A DNA stretch of 64,000 bases. Origin: an uncultured virus (IMG/VR IMGVR_UViG_3300025098_000017) (taxonomy: Duplodnaviria; Heunggongvirae; Uroviricota; Caudoviricetes; Kyanoviridae). Each line of letters starts with the position of its first letter. Positions within the stretch are counted from its first letter, which is position 1. Shown piece by piece: positions 19,501-28,400 of the stretch. The stretch is taken from the IMG/VR virus record IMGVR_UViG_3300025098_000017; one strand, 5' to 3'. Both the position numbers and the translations under genes were made by a program. The notes below the pieces were generated by a model. The model worked only from the letters and a program-made list of their open reading frames with translations. It was not told the origin of the DNA and made no database searches.

Positions 19501-21150
19501 GAGTTGTCTGTTACCACTTTGTCTTCCAAATACAATATGCCTACCGATATCAAATCCGCCAGTTGAACCAGTACCACTTCCACTATCTTCGATTGTTATT
19601 CTTTGAAAACTAGAGAGTGAACCTGTATACTGAGTTTGAATATCATCAGGTAGAATTACAATATCTTCATTGTAGTAATCTCTGATATAATAATTATTTT
19701 CGGGTTCTTCATCTTCAATTTCATTATTAAGAACCATATACCCTTCATGTCCAGCATAACCAGACATATAACGGTGATTCTTACAATAATAGTAAATTCT
19801 ATTAGATTCGTCAGCATTCATAATGAATATTGATCGGAACGGATTTTCATAATCGGTTCCGAGAGCACCTGATGCTCCAGTACTATTATAATATAAAGTA
19901 CCAGAATTCAATATACCATCTTGTGTGGTACTGAATTGCATTGGATGCCCTAAAGGAAAAGCGGCACTAACTTGATTACTAGGATCATCCTGATTCCAAA
20001 TAATTACATAATTCTGTTGAACTTGAATATTTTCTGGGGAAAGGTAATATACTCCAGGAATGAAATTACCAAACTCATGAGCTTCTTCACCAAAGTCAAT
20101 ATAAAAAATACCTGAAGGAAATGCTCTGGGTTCTGCAGAAACTGTGAATGAAAATCCAGTAGAACCCAATATTCTATCTTCTACAGTAAACACTCCAGTT
20201 ACTTGTCTAACATAAACCGAGGTGATTATATTATTATCATCTCTTATAATCTTTGCAATTTCTCCAGATACAGAATTATCCCCAATCTTCAATACTGTTC
20301 TTCCTACCTCTATAGGATTAAGAACTTCATCGATACCAGATACAGTTAGTAATACATTATCAAGCTCAGTTTTTACATACCAAGTAAAAACTTCATGAAG
20401 TCCCCAATCAAGTACTCCATGTGTAGTTTTAAAATGCTCAACTAATTTAGATGACTGATAGTAATAAGTTTGATTATCGATAATTCCATCGTATACATCA
20501 GTATTCTTAGGGTTATCATTATAGACTGTATCTAATTCAAATCCTTCTGGAGCATTACCAAGTGCATTTCCCCATTCTGGTGTATGGAGTAATGTACCAT
20601 TGGCCATAATGCCAAGTGATTTATTTTTCTGAAAAGGTCTATTCTGACCAAAAGGTACTTGTTTACCCCCTCTATAAATGAAAGTTTGGTCGAAACTTCT
20701 ATCTGCAATAAGACCCGCTCCGCCAGAACGTTCTGAGAAAATATCAGCGGGTTTGGGATCATTGTCAGATACAATTCTGAGTCTATCCGTATCGGATTGG
20801 AAGGTTCCTGAAGTTAGTGAGTTTGGATGACTTTGCCAAATTCTATTAATATCAAAAGAATCTACAACACCAGTAGTTTCTGCCGAGGGGATAATATTAA
20901 GTCTTAGTGGGTCATACCCCCGACCCCTACTAAGAACACGTACATGAACAATCTTACCTGAAGGACCATCAATGATAGGATATAATAAACATTCTTCACT
21001 AGGTGTCCCACAACCAGTGACCGTTAATCTTGGAGGATCTTCAGGGTCATATCCACTTCCAGGATTAATGACCTCTACTGCGCGAACGCCAAATAATTTG
21101 TCAAAGATTGGTTTAATCTCTGCGCCAGAGCCAGGAACTGTTCTTGCCAT
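16516..21150 (-). CDS. Baseplate-associated structural protein (1544 aa) with YHYH-like, cupredoxin-like and reelin-like modules
   Basis: GHSKILGMSFDGYPIYGPYG and TLDEHNG...TPEYPNGTYAYF (YHYH-family C-part); HPMQF...YYYCKNHRYM; Gly-rich G.GY..PP....GGGG.GA repeats. Lies between gp9-like and gp8. Confidence 0.75.
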   Translation of the reverse strand: MARTVPGSGAEIKPIFDKLFGVRAVEVINPGSGYDPEDPPRLTVTGCGTPSEECLLYPIIDGPSGKIVHVRVLSRGRGYDPLRLNIIPSAETTGVVDSFDINRIWQSHPNSLTSGTFQSDTDRLRIVSDNDPKPADIFSERSGGAGLIADRSFDQTFIYRGGKQVPFGQNRPFQKNKSLGIMANGTLLHTPEWGNALGNAPEGFELDTVYNDNPKNTDVYDGIIDNQTYYYQSSKLVEHFKTTHGVLDWGLHEVFTWYVKTELDNVLLTVSGIDEVLNPIEVGRTVLKIGDNSVSGEIAKIIRDDNNIITSVYVRQVTGVFTVEDRILGSTGFSFTVSAEPRAFPSGIFYIDFGEEAHEFGNFIPGVYYLSPENIQVQQNYVIIWNQDDPSNQVSAAFPLGHPMQFSTTQDGILNSGTLYYNSTGASGALGTDYENPFRSIFIMNADESNRIYYYCKNHRYMSGYAGHEGYMVLNNEIEDEEPENNYYIRDYYNEDIVILPDDIQTQYTGSLSSFQRITIEDSGSGTGSTGGFDIGRHIVFGRQSGNRQLRLYLDLRNVSTLTFEVIRGSDSNGGENPDGNAESLRVFFGGTAYGSSVLVAYNNSNFNTLNNVTISIPPDSRKENQLVYVYQFSNSGTNFDSYGLKSITYGGGEQDLSRHPDGHSKILGMSFDGYPIYGPYGYFGTNNSVVRASSSYRLKSGIEVDGARPEQVAAETVTYAVTVSNNKFLYDATSPSFLNLKRGKTYVFNQDDSSNDGNILLLSTAEDGWHPTSDVEDISNKVNLYEHPSITYTLNGSSVTYDNYVSGFTTATTRSLSIAMPSDSPRVLNSFSYANASYGVRTVQDGYAMGSLYQDYIYDETEGTLDEHNGVYISTPEYPNGTYAYFLTEDSSGNPTFPYCVGPTYFGTPLFEGDDVPDLATEVPTIAEGNVVLEDDGTVSYIQMTKTGDGYFSPAVAQIIGGEGSGATASPVVQSVTGLTLLNEGKSFATPPTLIFEGGGGQGAQGAASISSLGKVTSINIIDEGDFYQTSPYILIDGGGGQGAKAIANINQGVITSIDILDQGGGYVNPPNIIFTKLINLKRTTKARQSFNSAFQYLTGLTKDIDASSEEIFVSSTDAFPGSGTFLLNNEIVTYTGKTRGKFTGLTRGTNFNYDQRIILDTSQDVAGISNYNFNVGDRVIRRVETASSKIAKVYDWRPSTRELFVTFEVDELAFIDAGIASTEDAIVQFNAGLPDSAGGSALPHTTEVSIGSQIFRLQLTGITVAPDIDFVDIAENDGAGDGIPDLSNTGTDYENQISLDGGIYNSLYGIEETQGGTNTTLFAIGDNILDATPFPEQKFATVSTAGGLSEGVEHSAQVKITLDKTDGNGQNYGVNEIVTGDLSGVTGTVVSWDTSTGILVVQSITPFNTGNVNIGVNGFLNEFSAKSSIVDIVVQEPGTNYSAPPTVVIENAGDIQSTAVAVMTVAGDQVSSVTISNGGYGYKQEITTNILHPTITFTNDASDTTGSGAVAYAILGGEKIAGSAGASYRIKNIEYQTVVQTS

Positions 21151-21158
21151 TTACTTTA

Positions 21159-22385
21159 TTAGTTTACTACGACGATAGTGCCAGCCATGGCGGCGTGTTG
21201 TGTACACTGATAATACAGTGTTGTAGGAGCATCCATAGGAACAGTCCAATAAAGAACTGAAGTACCATTACCAGACTGTCCAGTCGTGTATGGATTTCCA
21301 GCAAGACCCGTTGTTGATTGAATTCTCAGTGGATGACTTGCGCCATTTGAACTATTGTCAAAGGCGTAAGTGAATCCCCTATAAACGTAAATTGTTGGGT
21401 CTTCTTGTGTTACAGGGAATCCAGCACCACTGAAAGTAAAGTGATTAGATCCATTAGAACCCAGTTCAAACCAAGTTAAAGGACTTTGACTTCTAACCCA
21501 ATTTGTGCCGTTATAATAGATACTATCACCTTGTACAAGACTACTCAAATCAACATTTGATAGAGTTTCTAATGTACTTGGAACAACTCCAGAAAAATTA
21601 ACTGTTACTGTATCTCCAACAATTGCTGTATCAATATCATTACCCCCCGCAATAATTAAAGTATCAGTTCCACTATTTGCAGTAGTACTACCTGCATCAG
21701 CAGTAACAGTTTGGAACAAATTTAATGCTGTGAGTCCAGACTGGTCGTCTTGAGGAATCCACTTGGCGGAAGAAGCACTCCACTTTAATACCTGGTCATT
21801 AGTAGGTGCAACTGTAGTAGTGTCAACATCATTTAAAAAATCAATACTCGAATATTCTGTCGCTATCTTCGCTGCAGTATCACCAACACCACCCGCAGTT
21901 ACATTAATATTTACATAGGGGTTATCATCACCATCAACAGTGAAGAAATATCCAGTATATGTTGATGATGTAGGAGCTACACCAAGACTGGTGTATTCAT
22001 TGATATATCTAATTTTTGTAGGAAAATCTATAGTCCCATCATCACCATCAAAGGTTGAAGTGATAGAACCTGCAAGAATCCTCAAATCTCCAGTGCCATT
22101 TGGAACTAAAGAAATGTTATTATTACTTGATGATGTAATATTATTATTATTTACATCTAATGCTGTTGTTAGGAGATTCAGGTCTCCAGGTACAAAATTG
22201 GTTCCGTTATACTTCAACACTTGGTTATTTGCAGCGTTGCTAACGTTAAGGGTTAGATTAGTTCCGTTACCAAAAGCAGAATAAATTTCATCAAAGTTGT
22301 CATTAATTTTATCACCACCAACACGGAGGGTATCCCCCGTATTGTCATTTGCTGTAGTACCTAAACCAAGTGATTGTTTTGTCAT
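21159..22385 (-). CDS. gp9: gp9/gp10-like baseplate wedge tail-fibre connector with C-terminal cupredoxin-like domain
   Basis: N-terminus KQSLGLGTTANDNTGDTLRVGGDKINDNFDEIY is the T4 gp9/10 signature. C-terminus HPLRIQ...LYYQCTQHAAMAGTIVV. Confidence 0.75.
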   Translation of the reverse strand: MTKQSLGLGTTANDNTGDTLRVGGDKINDNFDEIYSAFGNGTNLTLNVSNAANNQVLKYNGTNFVPGDLNLLTTALDVNNNNITSSSNNNISLVPNGTGDLRILAGSITSTFDGDDGTIDFPTKIRYINEYTSLGVAPTSSTYTGYFFTVDGDDNPYVNINVTAGGVGDTAAKIATEYSSIDFLNDVDTTTVAPTNDQVLKWSASSAKWIPQDDQSGLTALNLFQTVTADAGSTTANSGTDTLIIAGGNDIDTAIVGDTVTVNFSGVVPSTLETLSNVDLSSLVQGDSIYYNGTNWVRSQSPLTWFELGSNGSNHFTFSGAGFPVTQEDPTIYVYRGFTYAFDNSSNGASHPLRIQSTTGLAGNPYTTGQSGNGTSVLYWTVPMDAPTTLYYQCTQHAAMAGTIVVVN

Positions 22386-22402
22386 CGTTGTAGGTTTTTA
22401 GT

Positions 22403-22410
22403 TATTTATA
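22403..22410 (-). promoter_or_regulatory. T4-type late promoter TATAAATA
   Basis: Exact consensus, 17 nt upstream of the gp9-like ATG. Confidence 0.85.
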
Positions 22411-22412
22411 TG

Positions 22413-25400
22413 TTATGGAAGGACTTCAGGATCGATAATCTCTTCACCGTAATCTGCAAGATTTGGTGCTGTCCAATCATCGGGAACTTCACTTTCAACT
22501 AAGACATTAGGATTCTTGTAGTTACTGCCAGTAGAATTAACTTCTACATTAGCAATACCAACGATTGCCCTAATCTGTGCGTTGAATCCGCTGATAGAGT
22601 CAACTCTCACAATAGGTCGTGAAGTATAACCAGAACCTGGTGCAGTAATACTGACGGTTTCGATAAATCCATTAGTAAGAACTGCTGTTGCTTCAGCATT
22701 TTGTCCAAATACAGACCCAAGATAATCAAATGTAATCAAGGAGTTGGACGATTCAATAACAGCAACCTCGCGGTTTTCAGTTTCGCCTTCAATGGAAAGC
22801 AAATCTCCTGGTTCGATAGGAGGAACAACTTCCGAAGCATCAACGTCAGCTTCAGAACCAACGTATGAGAACGCTACGAATGTAGAACCTACGCGAGGAA
22901 TTTCAGAGAAGATAATCCTCGAACCAACGATACTAAAACCAACTCCAGGTTCTTGAATGACTCCATTCAAGGAAACAATGATATTATTTTCTGGTCTGAT
23001 AGTACTAGATCTAACACCTTCCGTAAGTGTCAATGAGTAGAACACTTCATCTCTCTTGAGGTTGAATGATTGGCGTAAAGAATCAAACTCAAATCCAATG
23101 TTATCAAGTTGTCTCAATTTACCAACATAGAATCCTGTAAATGTGGACCCGATATCAGGAGGTTCAGCGAACTGAATCTTATCAGAGAATGCATTGTATG
23201 CATTACCTGCACCAGGAGGTTGTAGGATACCATTAACGAAGATGAGCATATGACCTGCAGGGTCAGGTAGATATGATGTTCCGTTATTGATAGTAAGATT
23301 GAAGGTAGTTTGTACACCATCAAATCCTCTAGATGCTCTCTTAACGCGAGCGTTTGAAGTAACAAGATCCAAAATTACAGACTTGTAATTATCAGCAGCA
23401 ACAACGTAATCATTTTCTGTCCAAGCTCCCACGATTTCATTTAAGAAGAGGCGCTTGTTAATACCAACGGCACTGATGTTATTAATCCTAGCAGATGCTC
23501 CACCCTCAACAGTAATTTTAGTAGAGATTGTCGCAAGTGCCTCATAATTTACACCGCCACCTCCAGTACCAAAGTCTGCGATTTGCTCAGTAATTGAGAA
23601 ATCACCATCAATAGGCGCAACATAAACATAATTATTATCGGTGTCTACTCCCGTAATAATAGCTCGCTTACTAGCATCCTTACCACCAACATACTTGTAA
23701 ACATAATTGCCTACAGTGAAATCAGCGGCAGAATTTACACCAAAGCGAACATAACCACCTGAGATAATTCTATCTCCAATTGTAACGTCAAGTCCTTGGT
23801 ATGACTGAACTTCGATGTACAAGTCAGTTGTGCCGCCATATACAACAGCGGTTTTATCAAAGGTGCCAACTAAAGTCTCAGTATCTACGGTCAATCTACC
23901 GCCAGAATTATCGAGAACTGCTGCTTCACTCTTCAAGAACGTTGTAGGTTGTGCTGTTTGACCAGAGGTATAACCAAGGAAAGGAATATCCTCAGTAAAG
24001 TCACCTACAAGTTTAATAACATGCAGTCTATCTTCAATTGAACTCAACGTTGCCGTAGTGGTATTTTCCTGACCTTCAATAATATCAGAGATTTGCCAGG
24101 TTCCTGCGGTAACTTCGACATCCAAATACTTGTAATTTTCATCTTCATGGAATTGATATACTGTGCCAGTTATACTGACATCACCCTGTTTCTGAACTAC
24201 CTCGCCCATCGTGAATGGACCATCAGTGATATCCCCATCAATACGGAATCTCTTATAAACTTTAGCGATTTTCGCCTCATTTACATTGATTCTCTTAATT
24301 TCAGCATTGGTATCACTATACAAACCATAGAAGAAGTCTGCTCTACCAAGACCACCAGAAATTCCAGGAGGAACGTATGTAATTCCATATTCCTTAGATG
24401 GAACTACAATACCACTGTTTTGAGTGACACCAACATAATATGTTGCATTATCTAATTGCTGTCTGTAGAAGTCTATATTTTCTCTGGCAATTCTTAAGAA
24501 CGGGTCGGTGTCATATCCCGCTCTCCAAGTAGCATTATCAAATGCCAAGAATGTTGATTGTGGTGCTGGAGAAGTTAAGGTTCCGTCAAGTGCAGATTCT
24601 AGATATGATTCTAGGACTTCTAAAGTATATCTCTTAGCGTTATATTCAGAGTTGGAATAGAACACTTCACCACCGACAGATGTATAAGCATCAAATTGCC
24701 CCTTATTGAGTTTAGAACCCCAAAGATAAATGCCATCACTACCGTTTCCAGCAAAGGTGGGGACGTTATTAGGACCTCGCATGAGTATCCGATTTCTAAT
24801 GCTACTGAATCCGAATGAGAATTCAATAGTAGAATAGACTCTAAACCATCCATTACCGTAAGGAATAACACCCACACCAGCAGGTTCTGTGGTGGCAACA
24901 TTAAATCTCAAATTATCTTGACCTGATACGCCACCAATGCTGACACCATCAATCAATATTTCCGAATCTACAATCCATGCAGAACCACCATCAGTAACGG
25001 TAACTACTGCAGTATTTGGTGCATTTTCGTGGTCAATGACAATATCAAATACTCCACCAAGTCCACCAGTCGATGAACCAGTAACTCCTGTATAAGTTCC
25101 TGTCATAGCAGATCTAGTATTAACTACAATTTCTTTGACAGTTAACAGTTCTCTATTTTTAACAATCAATCCACCTTGAGGTTGGAAGATAGAACCAGTA
25201 TCACCATTGTTAAGATCGACATCAAAGAACAATCTCTGTACACCAGGTGTTCCACTGTCTAATCGGACATCAAATCTAACATTTTCATATTCTCCCTTCT
25301 TAACGAAAGTGGATATTGTATAAACTTGGGACTCACCTTCACTTAAAGAACCTTCATCAAAAGAGTTGGAGGAATTATCGAATGTAAGAGATCCATCATC

Positions 25401-28400
25401 GAATGTGTTGGAAGACGCTAATGCATAATCTCTAGAAGCAATGTGTGAAGCATCATCAGTAGATGCTCTTAGTTTATCTGCAGTAAGTGTGCCATCTGGT
25501 GCAACGGCAGTATTAGCAGCAAATGTTGTTCGAGTCTGAGTCCAATTGACTTGGAATGCTTCAGGATTAGTATATAGATTTGTGGTTGAGAATTCACCCT
25601 CAATTGGCGAAGTAATTAGTCTAGCATCCGCAAATGTCTGGATATTACCAACATTAGTGTAATAATCAAACTCACTACCAACTCCACTGACGTTGATGTC
25701 AGCAACAGTTCCGCTAATACTACCAGTTAAAGAATCGCCATCAGCAAATAGCGTACCTGTAACACTTCCAATAAAGATTACGGATTCAACATCTTCCAAG
25801 ACAGTTGCAGTTCCGCCACCGCTAGAAGTGACAGTTTCTCCTTTATTAAATCTTGCAGTATCAAGAACAACGTTAACGTTTGTAATTGTTGCTGCACTGT
25901 CAGGACTACCACCACTGATTGTAACGGTTGGAGGAGTTGCAGGAACATAACCTCTACCACGTTCGGTAATGATGATATTTTCAACTACTCTCAAAGTGCT
26001 AAATGTTGCTGTAGGATCCGTAGTTGTTCCAGAATCAGAAGGAGCATTCTCGAAACTAAGAGTTACTACACCTTCAAATTGCTTACTATTGCTTACTAAA
26101 CCAAGTCTAGTAACAGCATAGTGGTCATATAAGAATCCATCAGTATAAGTTGGTTGGATGATTCTAAATCTAGTTGCCTCGGTTTTTGCTCCAACAGGAA
26201 CTGAAACCGTGACGGGAGTAATTTCAGAGAAGTTAGTGTAGTTCTGTGCTCCACCATTAGAACCGCCATAAATTAAAGTTGCTGCATTAGTCCAAGTGCC
26301 GCCCTGGTCAGTGGAATATTGGAACTTCAAGTCCTCATTATCACCAGGTGCAGCAGCACCATTAGAACCAGTACCAGCAATGACATATACTCTGATAGTG
26401 TCTAAGTTTTCGGTATTGGTATCAGATACGGTTGCTTCACGAGTACCACTTGCAGCACCAAATTTAATGTGTCTGACGCCAGTCTTAAACCCACCAACAG
26501 TACCAATAGCAGAACCACTATCGGTAACTTCAGTACCACTACCAAATCCAATGAAATCGTCGGCATCGAATACTCGACCATCATAAGTTAGAGAATTAAC
26601 AGTACCTCCAGAAAGAGTTGCCGTAATGCCATCATTCGATACATTAGAACCAGACATAATAACAACTGGAGGCATATCAAATCCAGAACCAGCACTATCA
26701 ATAGTGATAGTATCAATTAAACCAGATGCTTCTAATACTGCTGTTGCTGTTGCTGTAATTCCACCAGATACAGGTGCAGGAATTGTAATCGTAGGAGTGG
26801 TTCTATAACCAGCACCAGAAGTAAACTGAAGTTCACTAATAACACCCTGTTTAGTAACAGCAATTCTTCTTGATTGTTGAGTATTACCAGAAGTCACATC
26901 GGTAATTACAAAATCATGAGAGAGATTATCGATAATTCCATCAACATAATCATTATAAACCCAACTGCCTGTCCCAAACTCATTATCAATTGTTAGGGCA
27001 AGTTCGGTCTTATAGTAATTTTTATTGAAGAGAATCTGTTGAGCAGCATATCTACCTTTGATACCTGCAGGAGAAAGAATCTTAACTGCAATATCAATTA
27101 ACTCACCAAACTTTGCTTTAACTGGTTCAATATCAGTTACAGATATTGCATCGCGATATGCCGTTTCTGCTGTATATAATGCAGCATATTCTCCAGCAGA
27201 TACCACACTACCAGCATTATAAAGAACGTTTTCTATAGCAGAAATACCAAGTCCTCTCAATCTCTCGATTGCATAAATCGTAGATGTCAGTTGCTCTTCA
27301 ATGTGGTCAATAGCGAGATTTGCAGTTAAGTATAACTCGATTGCTTCAATTGTACTATTGGTGCCACCAGTTTGAAGGTCGGAAATAGCACTAAGGAGAA
27401 TGAGTTTAAGGTCTCTTTCACATTTTACTTTGCCTGCAGTACCAACGCCAGGATAATCGAATGCTCTGTATGTAATACCATTTAAGATATAAGTAAACTC
27501 AGCATCGGTAAGTCCTGTTGCTTCAGTAGCAATATACTCTTTATTGAAGTATAGTCTATCTGCTGCAGTGGCAAAATCAGCACCAGTAGGAGCAATAAGA
27601 TCATTTAACTGAGTGGTTAAAGTATCAATTGCAGATTGGACGTTTGCACAGTTACCTGCGTCATTTGTAATACCCCAATCACCAATAATTAGTGCTGTAG
27701 TATTTGCAGTGGTTAAGTCGCCAGTAATTGCTTGCTTGGAATAGAAACCAAGACGCTCATGAGCGTAAATCGATTGGAATAACTGCAATCTAACATGCTG
27801 AATTTCATTATTATTACCAAGATAGAACTTACCAGCAGTAAGTGTGTTCTTATTGCCGCCATTTTCAATGTCTTTAGCAATACCATCAAGGATTAATCCA
27901 AGGTCTTGCTTGCATCTTTCAGTTCCAGAACCACTACCATCAGTATTTCTTGGCATATCCAAAGAAAGGTCTGGATATCTAGAAATCATATCTGCTGCTG
28001 CTTTGTCAACAATTGCCGTTCTATTATAATTAATAAGATTTGCAGCATCACGGAATCTATACTGCGATGCCTCATCAATCTTATTAGTGTAGAGGGTATC
28101 ACTATCATTCAGTACATAATCACCATCGAAAGGAATCTCTAAGTATTCATCTACCGTAGCACCGATAAACTCAACAACAGGAGCAACTCTAGTGATTGTT
28201 CCTAAGTGATCAACTGGAGTAGAGAGGTCAGCATTAGTTAGAGTGTCAATTACAATATCAAGTAAATTATCTGCCGTAGTCTTAACATCAGCACAGTCTC
28301 CTGTAGAGTAATTTAACTTACTAATAGCATTAGAAGAGGCAGAAACAAATACATGAGTATATCTTTGACCCTCAGGAGAAATACCAACATTAACTGTAAT

